Positions 29,437 through 38,881 of a DNA stretch of 64,000 nt are shown one piece after another. The DNA comes from an uncultured Candidatus Saccharibacteria bacterium. GTDB lineage: Bacteria > Patescibacteriota > Minisyncoccia > Phycocordibacterales > DATDWN01. The position numbers and the translations under genes were made by a program. The DNA lies in the NCBI GenBank assembly GCA_964426735.1, contig CAYRRP010000001.1, positions 157,226 to 221,225 on the forward strand, written 5' to 3'. The notes below the pieces were generated by a model, which searched no databases, was not told the DNA's origin, and saw nothing but the letters and a program-made list of their open reading frames with translations. The stretch's first letter is position 1. Each line of letters begins with the position of its first letter.

Positions 29437-30048
29437 TTACTTGAGCTTGATGTGATTTTTCTTTAGTTCATGATGAACTTTTTGATAATCAGGAATCGTT
29501 TTTTCGACCAAAGCCCAAAACTTTTTTGAATGATTGAGTTGTCCGAGGTGGCAGAGCTCATGCACGATGATATAGTCCGCATGATGCGGTGGCAAAAGTG
29601 CGATTTTATAATTAAAATTCAAATTCCCTTTTCTCGAACAACTCCCCCATCGTGTCTTTGTGTTTTTGATACTGATCCGCCTAATCTTAAATGTATAAAA
29701 AGTATTGAAATACTTGAGACGCTCAGTCACCAAGACTCGTGCCTTTTCTTTGTATACGAGATACCGTTCCCTTTCTTGTTTTTTAGTGAGCTTTTGAGCC
29801 TGTATTCGCCCTTTTCCAAGCTTCTCCTCCAACGCCCTAAAATGCTTAATTTTTGCCAAAATCCACCCTGCCCGACTTTGTAGCATCTGCTCGACAAAAG
29901 CCTCACCCAAGCGCCCCCAGAGCCTCTCTGGCACGGTCAAAGAGACCTCCCCACCAATACTTACCGTCACCCGCACCGCCTTCGCCTGAGTGCTAATTTT
30001 AAGGGTATATGAGATTGTTTGAGATCCGAGGTGGATTTGCTTTTGCAC
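29437..30048 (-). CDS. DUF45/YgjP-like (COG1451, M48-related) zinc metallohydrolase
   Basis: WGSCS...DYIIVHELCHLGQLNHSKKFWALV (HExxH). Confidence 0.75.
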   Translation of the reverse strand: MQKQIHLGSQTISYTLKISTQAKAVRVTVSIGGEVSLTVPERLWGRLGEAFVEQMLQSRAGWILAKIKHFRALEEKLGKGRIQAQKLTKKQERERYLVYKEKARVLVTERLKYFNTFYTFKIRRISIKNTKTRWGSCSRKGNLNFNYKIALLPPHHADYIIVHELCHLGQLNHSKKFWALVEKTIPDYQKVHHELKKNHIKLK

Positions 30049-30050
30049 AA

Positions 30051-30821
30051 TTATTGTATTTCTAAAAATAATGGTAAGTGGTCTGAAACTATATCTGGTA
30101 AAACTTCAAAATTTTTTACTTCAATATCATTAGATGTCAAAATATAATCTGCAAATTTTTCTTCTTTTGGATAATGCTCACTTCGTGTAGAAGTGACTTT
30201 ATATTTCTTAACGAGGTTCACCATATCTTCCTCAAGCACAGCAATTGCATTACCATCATGTACAACATTAAAATCGCCACATAAAATATTTTTCTGTGCA
30301 CTACTTCCAAAAAATTCTTTAATCTTTTGAGACTGCTCCAGTCTTTCTGGCGTATCTTTTTTATGGGAGTTACGTTGCCATAGTCCGTGTAAATTTAAAA
30401 TAGTAAAAAATGAAGAGTCTGTATTTGCAATTTTTACCCACTGACACCGACCAGAAACAAGATCTCCACCTTTATGATACGGACTCTCCGGATGACTCCT
30501 GAAGCCACCATGATCAAGAACTTGATATTTTTTTCTTACAAAGATAACCTGCCCACAACCAACATCAGGTGACAACATCTCACCATGAAAATAGGATTCT
30601 TCTGGATCACGATATATGTAGGCATTAAAGTCACTCAAGATATTTTGTAGTTCAGAAAAAAGATTAAGCCTACCACCTTGAATGGGCGAAAATTCTGCAT
30701 CAGACCCAAACAAGCAATCTTGAAAACAAAACACATCAACATCATCTTTTTGTTTTGCGACAAATTGCATAAGAGGCTCAAACAACTTCCCTCCCCATAA
30801 GTTTAATGTGATGAGTTTCAT
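30051..30821 (-). CDS. endonuclease/exonuclease/phosphatase (EEP) family protein
   Basis: MKLITLNLWGG, LCGDFN, SDHLP motifs. Confidence 0.7.
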   Translation of the reverse strand: MKLITLNLWGGKLFEPLMQFVAKQKDDVDVFCFQDCLFGSDAEFSPIQGGRLNLFSELQNILSDFNAYIYRDPEESYFHGEMLSPDVGCGQVIFVRKKYQVLDHGGFRSHPESPYHKGGDLVSGRCQWVKIANTDSSFFTILNLHGLWQRNSHKKDTPERLEQSQKIKEFFGSSAQKNILCGDFNVVHDGNAIAVLEEDMVNLVKKYKVTSTRSEHYPKEEKFADYILTSNDIEVKNFEVLPDIVSDHLPLFLEIQ

Positions 30822-30861
30822 AATACTTATTTTCTTAAATTAATTTAAGAAAATTAATTTT

Positions 30862-32121
30862 TTATAAAAATTTTCTTAGAGATTTTCCTAATTTTTCAAT
30901 AACCCCCACAACAAGAGCATTGCCCATAATAAACGCTCTTTTTGTATCAGGAACTTTCTCACCATCAATCGTTAGTGCTGTATGGTTATCTGGAAACATA
31001 TTTAACCGCTCTAATTCTACAGGAGTAAGTCTACGTAATTTTCCGGACTTAGTTTTGATTACATGTTTAAAACGGGAAGGAGAACTTCCACCTTCACCGG
31101 TCACTATTGTTCTTGAAGGTTTATCTAATGAATCAGGAAAAATCATTGGCCCTTCAGCATAATGGTATTCAAAACCATCTTTTGATTTTCTTTCCTCTTT
31201 CTTACCTCCTTTTAGATACTCCCACTGTTTTTTATCTTTATCTTTTATGAAAAATTCTGGGGAAATTTTTGATTCATCATGAATAAGCACATCTTTGAGT
31301 AACATATGCTCACCCTCATAAACAGGTATTGTTTTTACAGTATGAACTTTTCCGTCAATCATAATACCTGTATTTTGAAAAGGACTAATTGTCGGTTTGT
31401 TGGAAGAAAAATTATCAGATATATCTTGCAAGTTTTCTCCTAGTTCAAAACTCTTTAATTCTACATCTCCTTCCTTTACTTTAAATGCGCTTGCAATGAC
31501 ACCAGTATTATAAATCCAATTACTTATATCTTTCTCTTTTTTAAGTAGATTAAAAACTTTACTACCTTTTTTATAACCTAAAATAAACACTCTTCTTCTT
31601 CTTTGAGGTAGCCCATAGTCTGCAGCATTAATTACTCGCCACTCAACAATATAACCTAACTCAGAAAGTGATGCCAACATCACGGCAAAATCTCGACCTC
31701 TTTGTTTTGCAGGTGACTTTAATAAACGATCAACGTTTTCTAGCATCAGGAAATCTGGTGCCTTTGTCTTTTTTTTCTTTAAAATATTATAAATTGACCA
31801 CCAGAGGACACCTTTTTTCCCATAAATACCTTCCGCTTGATTTAAAGTTCTTGCAACAGAATAATCTTGACAAGGAAATCCACCGACAAGCAAGTCGTGG
31901 TCTGGAATCTGTTGAAAATCTTTTTCGACGACTTCTTGAATATCTTCACAAGAGTGACCTTCCGAACCAAAGTTTCTTTTATATATTTGAGAAGCGTATT
32001 GTTTAGTGACTCCTGGCTCCCACTGACTACTCCATATAGTCTTAAATTCAGCAGTGGCTTCGAGCCCCAAACGAAAACCACCTACACCAGCAAATAACTC
32101 CACGACTCTTATTTTTTTCAT
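30862..32121 (-). CDS. DNA (cytosine-5)-methyltransferase (type II R-M, M subunit)
   Basis: motif I ELFAGVGGF, motif IV GGFPCQDYS, ENV, QRRRRVFILG. Confidence 0.9.
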   Translation of the reverse strand: MKKIRVVELFAGVGGFRLGLEATAEFKTIWSSQWEPGVTKQYASQIYKRNFGSEGHSCEDIQEVVEKDFQQIPDHDLLVGGFPCQDYSVARTLNQAEGIYGKKGVLWWSIYNILKKKKTKAPDFLMLENVDRLLKSPAKQRGRDFAVMLASLSELGYIVEWRVINAADYGLPQRRRRVFILGYKKGSKVFNLLKKEKDISNWIYNTGVIASAFKVKEGDVELKSFELGENLQDISDNFSSNKPTISPFQNTGIMIDGKVHTVKTIPVYEGEHMLLKDVLIHDESKISPEFFIKDKDKKQWEYLKGGKKEERKSKDGFEYHYAEGPMIFPDSLDKPSRTIVTGEGGSSPSRFKHVIKTKSGKLRRLTPVELERLNMFPDNHTALTIDGEKVPDTKRAFIMGNALVVGVIEKLGKSLRKFL

Positions 32122-32158
32122 ACCGCAATATTATCAGATAAATATAAGTTGATCAAGC

Positions 32159-33553
32159 TTAATCTTGTTTGTTTTCTATGGCTTGTTGAATATATTTCGC
32201 ATTAAGCCAAAAACACCGCTTCATTTCTTGAGTTTTTTGAGGTGTCTCAACTGTATCTTGTGCATTTTTACCATGCGGACGTACATGTGCAACACTACTA
32301 TCTTTAATTTTTGGTAGCTTTGTGTACTCACCATCACGTATACAGTCAATTGTTTTTTGCCATACACGTTCAGCCTCGGGAAGGTCTTTTGTTGGAAAAT
32401 TCCAAAATGTCACTTTTTTCAAAATAATATCATCGTTATTTTTTTGTTTTTGAAACACTACAAATAAAAACTTCTTTGTTTCCAATTGTAAATGAAAGTC
32501 TGACATCACTTCTTCCTCATCATCTTGCCATACTTGAGTAATTAAATCTTTGTAATCAAAGGCAGGAAACGAGATTGATTCTTTTAAAGTCCCTGTATGT
32601 TCTAAAGTAATTACTTTAAGAGTTATGTTTGCCTTATCAAACTCCTCAATTTTATCTGAATCTACATCAAGAATTCGGTTTACAATAAGTCTTTTATAGT
32701 TTTTTGCTATATTTGTAAGATTATCATCTAGATTAGAAAGTATCTCCTTATCTGTTTTGCCAATAAACCTAGAAAATCTTTCTTTAATAGTATCTTCTAT
32801 TGTTTCGATTCGTCTTTGTTTTTTAAAAATTGAATCAGTATTTGATTTATTTCCCAGTAGTTTCGTTTGAACAATATAGTTTATATATTGCTGTTTAAAA
32901 GAAAAAGCTCGTGGTTTTGCTGGTATACGTGCACCACCTGGTTGGTCTCTAACAGTACGACTATTTGCTGCTTTAGTACAAGCACCTAAATAATAAGTGT
33001 CTCCTTCTGATAACAAATGAGCTTCACCTCGTTTAATTTTAGCAACAATATACTCCCAATCTTTTTGAATTTGAAAAACGTCTTCGTTAGAAAGGTTTTC
33101 TATTAGATTAAGTAAGTGAACAAACTTAAATTTATAATCCAAAATACTTTGACTCTGCACCCACAAGTAAAACATAAGTAGCAAGGTTTTGTTTTTTTTC
33201 AAAAATGAACTACTTTCCCAAGTTTCTTTTACTATTTCATCATAGTTTATCATCGAAAACACAAGACGTTCCTTTGAAGAATACTGATTTTTAGTATGTT
33301 TTTTAAGAGGTGTAGTTTTTAACTCAACTCCAGCAATATTAAAATCTGGTTGATTTAGATTGTCATTTTTCTTACCAAAAATATAAAATTCAATTAATTG
33401 ACCAAGGAGACCTTTCTTTTTATCTTTATGTGTAAAGATTTCTTTCTCAATAGTCTCGATTTCTTCTTTGGATACAACCTCACGTAAAGATTTATTTAGT
33501 ATAATTTTCGCTTGTTCTAGAACTTGTTCTTTTGTTTGGTAATCTTTATTCAT
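32159..33553 (-). CDS. Sau3AI/MutH-family restriction endonuclease (type II R-M, R subunit; GATC-type by family)
   Basis: KGLLGQLIEFYIFG...QPDFNIAGVELKTTPLK matches MutH/Sau3AI catalytic D..E.K region; 464 aa similar to Sau3AI; adjacent C5-MTase. Confidence 0.7.
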   Translation of the reverse strand: MNKDYQTKEQVLEQAKIILNKSLREVVSKEEIETIEKEIFTHKDKKKGLLGQLIEFYIFGKKNDNLNQPDFNIAGVELKTTPLKKHTKNQYSSKERLVFSMINYDEIVKETWESSSFLKKNKTLLLMFYLWVQSQSILDYKFKFVHLLNLIENLSNEDVFQIQKDWEYIVAKIKRGEAHLLSEGDTYYLGACTKAANSRTVRDQPGGARIPAKPRAFSFKQQYINYIVQTKLLGNKSNTDSIFKKQRRIETIEDTIKERFSRFIGKTDKEILSNLDDNLTNIAKNYKRLIVNRILDVDSDKIEEFDKANITLKVITLEHTGTLKESISFPAFDYKDLITQVWQDDEEEVMSDFHLQLETKKFLFVVFQKQKNNDDIILKKVTFWNFPTKDLPEAERVWQKTIDCIRDGEYTKLPKIKDSSVAHVRPHGKNAQDTVETPQKTQEMKRCFWLNAKYIQQAIENKQD

Positions 33554-33563
33554 ACAACTTTTA

Positions 33564-34229
33564 TTATATATATGTTTTTATATCTCTAAAACCATTACTA
33601 TCTGCCGAAACAATAATATGACTAATAAGAGTAATGTCCAAAATTTTACTAGCGTATATTAATTTTTTCGTAATCTCAATATCATCATGAGATGGTTCTA
33701 AATCTCCAGAAGGGTGATTATGTGCAACGATGATTGAAGCAGCGTTGTTTTTAATAGCACCCTCAAATACTTCACGTGGATGAACCAGGCTTTCATTTAG
33801 AGTTCCAATTGAAATAATCTCTCTTTTTATTTCTTGATTTCTGCTATCTAAGTAAAAAACAACAAAATGTTCTTTCTTACTTCCTCTAATATCTTCCATC
33901 CGCTCCCAAACATCTTTTGGAGAAAGTAAGATAGAATTTTGCTTACCTTTTAGAATACGCTTTCCGAGTTCAAAACATGCCAGTATCTCACAAGCTTTAA
34001 CAACACCTAATCCATGAATCTTTTTTAACTCATCAATAGTAACATCTAAAATTCTTTCTCCTTCAAACTCTTTTAGAATTTTTTGAGATAGTTTTAAAAC
34101 ATTTAAATCTTTTGTGCCAGTACGAAGTAAGATTGCCAAGAGTTCTGAATCAGATAATTTCCCTGGACCATATTTTTCCAACTTTTCCCTTGGTCTATCT
34201 AATTTAGGAATGTCTTTGATTTTTAGCAT
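33564..34229 (-). CDS. radC: RadC-like JAB-domain protein
   Basis: HNHPSGDLEPSHDD JAMM motif, N-terminal HhH. Confidence 0.85.
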   Translation of the reverse strand: MLKIKDIPKLDRPREKLEKYGPGKLSDSELLAILLRTGTKDLNVLKLSQKILKEFEGERILDVTIDELKKIHGLGVVKACEILACFELGKRILKGKQNSILLSPKDVWERMEDIRGSKKEHFVVFYLDSRNQEIKREIISIGTLNESLVHPREVFEGAIKNNAASIIVAHNHPSGDLEPSHDDIEITKKLIYASKILDITLISHIIVSADSNGFRDIKTYI

Positions 34230-34252
34230 ATTTTAAATCCTATTTATAAGTA

Positions 34253-34747
34253 TTAAAATTTAGCAGAACTTCTTACTTTTGCTTCAAAAATTTTAACAAC
34301 TTTTTCTTTCGGACAAATTCTTATGTTATAAGGTATTTTGTACTTCTTACTACATGGGACGCAAATCCATTTATTAACTTCTTCATCTAAAACATAATCA
34401 CATTTTTGACAATAAGGACCTCCCACCCATATCTTTCTATCTTTAAAATTTTTATCAAAACCAAGAAATACATGCCAGTTAACTTTGTACAACTCTTTAA
34501 CACCATAATCATTTAAAATATTTTTTGGTTTTTTGTCGTTAAATAAGCGAGGTTTTAATTTAAATCGTTTATTTAAATTAAAAAAAATAATAACCAGTAC
34601 TGTTAGTAATAAAACTAACCATACAGGGACAGAATATTTAATCACCGTTCTAACACCATCCTTTAACCAGGATACTATTATTACACTAAAAACCCCAAAA
34701 ATAATTTTCCAATGATCATATACAATTGAAAAAAAATTTCTATCCAT
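34253..34747 (-). CDS. hypothetical membrane protein with C-terminal zinc-ribbon (CxxC...CxxC)
   Basis: two TM helices then CQKCDYV...CVPCSKK. Confidence 0.4.
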   Translation of the reverse strand: MDRNFFSIVYDHWKIIFGVFSVIIVSWLKDGVRTVIKYSVPVWLVLLLTVLVIIFFNLNKRFKLKPRLFNDKKPKNILNDYGVKELYKVNWHVFLGFDKNFKDRKIWVGGPYCQKCDYVLDEEVNKWICVPCSKKYKIPYNIRICPKEKVVKIFEAKVRSSAKF

Positions 34748-34754
34748 GGTTAGC

Positions 34755-34994
34755 TTATTTAATTCTCAAAAGAATTTGACGTAAGAAGGACTCTAAATTA
34801 TTAATTTTATTTTCTAAGTTTTCTATTTTTTTTTCAACTTTTCCAATCTGTGCACCTGAATTAAAGTACTCCAACACACCCACAGGGTTTTTACAAATTG
34901 AACATTGAACAAAAAATAGCTTATAATTTGAACCAATCGGCACCTGCTCTACTAATTCAAACGAAAAACTTTTACAGTGTGCACATTTTGACAT
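34755..34994 (-). CDS. small zinc-ribbon plus coiled-coil protein (79 aa)
   Basis: CAHCKS...CSICKN then heptad-like KKIENLENKINNLESFL. Confidence 0.4.
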   Translation of the reverse strand: MSKCAHCKSFSFELVEQVPIGSNYKLFFVQCSICKNPVGVLEYFNSGAQIGKVEKKIENLENKINNLESFLRQILLRIK

Positions 34995-35099
34995 GTTTTT
35001 ATAATTAGTATTTTATTAAATATATTCTATATATTAGCATTTAAACTATACCTGTTAGCACTTGCAATTTTTATAAAATATGGTATTAAGAGTTAAGAA

Positions 35100-35978
35100 A
35101 TGGAGAAAGTGATGGTCAGCAAAGATACTTACGGACTTGGTCCAGTCAATGGACATGCTGTGGGGCGAATTCTGAAGGAGGCTGTACGGAGAGCCACTGT
35201 GGCTATCCGCAATGAACGCCTCATGTTTGAGGCTCACACGAAGAAAAGTTACAGTGGCACCATGGATGATGTATTCACCAGTGCCGACACCAAGGCTCAA
35301 GAGATTTATCTCCGAACCTTTCGTGAATGCTTCCCTTTCTGTGGCGTGATTGGTGAGGAAAATTCACTCATCATCAAACCCAAGAAAGAGTGCTCGGTAT
35401 ACTTTACCGTCGACCCGCTCGATGGAACAAAAGCCTTCATCCGGCGTCAGTCCGATGGTGTGGGTACAATGGTGGCAATGGTGCACAAAGGGAAAGTCAT
35501 CTCTGCGTATGTCGGCGACATCAACACTGAAGAGGTCTACGGCTACCGCCCTGGATCTAACAAGGTACATCGGATTACCCGCCTCGACACCTTTGAAAAA
35601 CTGAGTGATACGGGTAAGGGTGACTTGAGCAAGACGTACGCCTTGCTCCGTGATCCGATCGATCAGTACTCATCCACCACCAGAAACACGCTCGGTCAGT
35701 TCAAGAATTACGAGGTGACAGGTTCGAGCATCGGCATCTGGATGGCAAAACTCTGGAAAGGAGAGGTCGGCGCTTTATTTCTGAAGCCTGGCTGGGAAAC
35801 GCCCTGGGATTCGACGCCGATTATCGGGATTTCTTTGAAGCTTGGATACGTGTTCCTTAGGCCGACAACAAAAGGCTCTTGGAAAAAGTACAACCCTGTC
35901 CTCCCGATGGAAAAATACCGTCGGGAACATGACACCATGGTCGTCCACAAACACGACTTGAAGTTCCTAGGTCTTTAA
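35100..35978 (+). CDS. inositol monophosphatase / CysQ-family phosphatase
   Basis: FTVDPLDGTKAFI and WDSTPIIGI motifs; GC about 50%. Confidence 0.7.
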   Translation: MEKVMVSKDTYGLGPVNGHAVGRILKEAVRRATVAIRNERLMFEAHTKKSYSGTMDDVFTSADTKAQEIYLRTFRECFPFCGVIGEENSLIIKPKKECSVYFTVDPLDGTKAFIRRQSDGVGTMVAMVHKGKVISAYVGDINTEEVYGYRPGSNKVHRITRLDTFEKLSDTGKGDLSKTYALLRDPIDQYSSTTRNTLGQFKNYEVTGSSIGIWMAKLWKGEVGALFLKPGWETPWDSTPIIGISLKLGYVFLRPTTKGSWKKYNPVLPMEKYRREHDTMVVHKHDLKFLGL

Positions 35979-35985
35979 TGTTCCG

Positions 35986-36017
35986 AAATGACCCGCACTT
36001 GTTGCGGGTCATTTTTA
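35986..36017 (+). terminator. rho-independent terminator after IMPase gene
   Basis: GACCCGCActtgtTGCGGGTC plus ATTTTTAT. Confidence 0.55.
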
Positions 36018-36020
36018 TCC

Positions 36021-36068
36021 TTTACACCCCCTTTTAAATATGATTAATTTATGAGGAGATTGTTCTTA
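36021..36068 (+). promoter_or_regulatory. promoter (TTTACA-N16-ATTAAT) plus 33-bp 5'-UTR segment AAATATGATTAATTTATGAGGAGATTGTTCTTA, exactly repeated at 37381-37413
   Basis: exact 33-bp repeat and same -35 geometry read in sequence. Confidence 0.5.
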
Positions 36069-36094
36069 AAATTCACAGCGAGAAAAAGGATGGC

Positions 36095-36646
36095 GTGACA
36101 ATGACATTCGATACTTACAAAACAGTTGTTCGAGAAAATTCTGGCTTTAGAGAAGTGGTGGAAGCGCTTGCAGGCCACTTTGCACTGGAGGTACCTGGAG
36201 GTTTTCCCACCCTTACGAATTGGTTTAGTCGCCACTATGTAGCATGGTCAACAACCTTCATTCACCAGAGTTACGATGATGTGCCCGCATCAGAAAACTG
36301 GACGGACTCACTATGTTTTCTTTCATTGATCGATCTAATGAAAAGCATAGGCACAGTGGCTCATCGTATAACTGAAGAGGAAAATGATCCCGTCTCATTA
36401 TTCAAGGGTGTCATCAGACGTTCCGAGAAGGGTTGTTTTCTTTACTTCCAGAACATTTTCACGGTGAAGCGCACCGAAACTAATAGTTACCATATAACCA
36501 TCCATAAGTACCCATCGGAGTTTTTTCACTTCATTGTTATGGATGATTCTGAGCTTCTCAGCTTCGTCGTCCGCAACCAGATAATGATTAATGGCGTCCA
36601 ACTGGAACTTCCGCCAGAAGCACACCTCAGTGACTTTACCGACTAA
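36095..36646 (+). CDS. hypothetical protein P1 (183 aa; GTG start), first of three tandem genes of similar size
   Basis: own promoter and palindromic terminator (36656-36693); shares NW(F/V)..R and C-terminal INGV.L motifs with neighbours. Confidence 0.5.
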   Translation: MTMTFDTYKTVVRENSGFREVVEALAGHFALEVPGGFPTLTNWFSRHYVAWSTTFIHQSYDDVPASENWTDSLCFLSLIDLMKSIGTVAHRITEEENDPVSLFKGVIRRSEKGCFLYFQNIFTVKRTETNSYHITIHKYPSEFFHFIVMDDSELLSFVVRNQIMINGVQLELPPEAHLSDFTD

Positions 36647-36655
36647 GATCCCCTA

Positions 36656-36693
36656 CCCCCGACCGATACATATCGGTCGGGGGTTGATTTTTT
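36656..36693 (+). terminator. terminator CCCCCGACCGATAcaTATCGGTCGGGGG plus T-run; diverged copy after P3
   Basis: read in sequence. Confidence 0.6.
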
Positions 36694-36750
36694 AATAAAG
36701 GAATGGTTTAGTGTATATCGAGAAGTTCATTTTTTGGAGGAATAAAACAA

Positions 36751-37317
36751 ATGGATGTGAGAGATTTTCGGGTCATGACTCAAAGACATGCCCCATGGTT
36801 GCTCAATTGGGTTGCATCTCGAACAGGTCAATTTAGACTGCGTACTGAAACAACCAAGTTTTTCGAAGCACTAATTGCGCCAAAAGTTAAAGCTATCATT
36901 GAAAAACCATGGCAGACTTTGGACATTAACGAAAATCCTTCCCCGCAAATCAAAGGTAGTTCATATGGAGACATCTTCATTCGACACTACTACACAGTAA
37001 TATGGAGAAAAAACGACGAGGACACAGTCCAGCATACCGGTGCAGTTGATCTTGCTGATCTTAATGTCGACAAACTTTTGATGCGTATGTTTGACGATTG
37101 CCAGCAAAATGACACTCTGTGGGTTATGGCGGTTGTGAAGACGGTTTATGAAATTAACAAAACCCGTCTTCTTGAACCGAAACACACATTTGTGATATAT
37201 CCTTGCGAAGAACGCAATTTCATGTCTTGGGTCGATCAACACAAGGAGTCGATCAATCAAACCCTCGCTCAACGACAACTCACGCTTTCGAGCTACAGTG
37301 TCGTGGCTCTCAGGTAG
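36751..37317 (+). CDS. hypothetical protein P2 (188 aa)
   Basis: GGAGG SD; terminator 37325-37362; weak shared motifs with P1/P3. Confidence 0.5.
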   Translation: MDVRDFRVMTQRHAPWLLNWVASRTGQFRLRTETTKFFEALIAPKVKAIIEKPWQTLDINENPSPQIKGSSYGDIFIRHYYTVIWRKNDEDTVQHTGAVDLADLNVDKLLMRMFDDCQQNDTLWVMAVVKTVYEINKTRLLEPKHTFVIYPCEERNFMSWVDQHKESINQTLAQRQLTLSSYSVVALR

Positions 37318-37324
37318 CAACAAA

Positions 37325-37362
37325 ACACCCCATCCGAGCTTCCGGATGGGGTGTAGTTTTTT
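37325..37362 (+). terminator. terminator ACACCCCATCCGagcttcCGGATGGGGTGT plus T6
   Basis: read in sequence. Confidence 0.6.
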
Positions 37363-37365
37363 ACC

Positions 37366-37413
37366 TTTACACTCAACACTAAATATGATTAATTTATGAG
37401 GAGATTGTTCTTA
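37366..37413 (+). promoter_or_regulatory. second copy of promoter/5'-UTR module (TTTACA-N16-ATTAAT plus identical 33 bp)
   Basis: read in sequence. Confidence 0.5.
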
Positions 37414-37426
37414 CGAAAGGTGTCTT

Positions 37427-37987
37427 GTGATAATAAATTTTTTTGAAGAATTTCCTGATGAGATCAAAGCATGGGTGAGGAGAGTTGTTTTGCAGATTGT
37501 GCGTTATTATAACAGCACACAACGACAATCAGAAGATACTCTGGACGTAGAAAAGTTTTTTAAACATTATCTGGAAACTTCCACATTTCAAAAAAGCTCC
37601 ACTTTCCCATCACCTATCAACGGAAGAAGAAATGCTTTTTTTCTTTTGTGGCAAGATGCTTCATGTAGTCATCCTACCCTTACACATAGCTTAATCCCTG
37701 GGACTACCTTATTTGCAGGAGATGAACCTCATAAGCTAGTACTGGATATCGCAGAGCACTGCTTGAGAGCCAACACTTCTGCTCACTTTATTGCGGTTAT
37801 ACATGTCGTATATCATCGCAACAGACAAAGCTACAACCATAACATCGATGTACATCTGCACACCGATGAGTATTATCACGAAGTACTCAGACACAACCCT
37901 GACCTGGCACGGAAACTCACAAATAGAGGCACACTCATCAATGGGGTACCCTTGAGGATTCCACAGAGACAAACTAACTCAATTTGA
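37427..37987 (+). CDS. hypothetical protein P3 (186 aa; GTG start)
   Basis: shares promoter module, terminator type and C-terminal LINGVPL motif with P1. Confidence 0.5.
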   Translation: MIINFFEEFPDEIKAWVRRVVLQIVRYYNSTQRQSEDTLDVEKFFKHYLETSTFQKSSTFPSPINGRRNAFFLLWQDASCSHPTLTHSLIPGTTLFAGDEPHKLVLDIAEHCLRANTSAHFIAVIHVVYHRNRQSYNHNIDVHLHTDEYYHEVLRHNPDLARKLTNRGTLINGVPLRIPQRQTNSI

Positions 37988-38029
37988 CCCCTTGGCCGAA
38001 TAATATCGGTCGGGGGTTGATTTTTTATC

Positions 38030-38578
38030 TCATTTCCCTTTCAATTTCTCCACCTCCTCTACCAGTTTTTTGAGTGTGTTTTGAATCATATCGAGATCAA
38101 TCTCTTTCTGCTTTTCTGCTTTCTGCTGCATAGTATCTGTGTCTTTTTCAATCTCATCGACATCAGTCTGGATTTCTTCGATATCTTCAGAAATTTCATC
38201 GACATCTTCCTGGATCACATCAATATCCTTTTCGATACCTTCAACATCTTCTTGGATTTCATCAACATTTTCCTGAATAACATCGATATCTTTTTCAATT
38301 CCCTCGACGTCTTCTTGGATTTCATCGACATCTTCTTTAATCTCTTCAATATCTTCCTCAACATCCTCCAAACTTTCTGTGTTTTGATTGACCGTCATCT
38401 GAATAAAAATAGCGAGATAGATCGCCTCAAGTGAGACAAGTGTCGTAAGGACAAGAAGTATCGTATCAAAAGCTACATCAAAGAAATACAATGAAAACAT
38501 TGCAATAAAAAAGACAGTATGAGCGACTACTGATGCTTTTGAGCCGACCCATTGTGTAAATTTTTTGTCCCAATTCAT
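38030..38578 (-). CDS. DUF1003-like membrane protein with C-terminal acidic coiled-coil tandem repeats
   Basis: N-terminal FD....LL.L..SL.A..LA..IQMT.NQ pattern like DUF1003; 22-aa repeats EDVEGIEKDIDVIQE(N/D)VDEI. Confidence 0.55.
   Translation of the reverse strand: MNWDKKFTQWVGSKASVVAHTVFFIAMFSLYFFDVAFDTILLVLTTLVSLEAIYLAIFIQMTVNQNTESLEDVEEDIEEIKEDVDEIQEDVEGIEKDIDVIQENVDEIQEDVEGIEKDIDVIQEDVDEISEDIEEIQTDVDEIEKDTDTMQQKAEKQKEIDLDMIQNTLKKLVEEVEKLKGK
38150..38346. repeat. 66-bp tandem repeats (about 3 units) inside DUF1003-like gene
   Basis: read in sequence. Confidence 0.7.
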
Positions 38579-38581
38579 AGA

Positions 38582-38794
38582 CTATGAAACGATAAGATTA
38601 TAGAGGTTTACAATTCCATCCCAGGCAATCAGTGTGTACGTAATAATAAAATGAGAGATAGTAAGCATCGGCGGAGACTGGAGGATTGCAAGCACATCGA
38701 CATGAAAAGCAAACTGAAGTGTCAGGAGTGCAACAATAACCAATACAAACGTGGAAATAAAACCTTTTTGTGATACGACTAGAGCCTCTTTCAT
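38582..38794 (-). CDS. possible small hydrophobic protein
   Basis: ORF only. Confidence 0.25.
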   Translation of the reverse strand: MKEALVVSQKGFISTFVLVIVALLTLQFAFHVDVLAILQSPPMLTISHFIITYTLIAWDGIVNLYNLIVS

Positions 38795-38881
38795 ACATAT
38801 ACTATACCACACTATATACATAATTAGAATCATTGACTAAAATAACTATTTATTATATTTTTTAAACAGGAGTACAGAATC

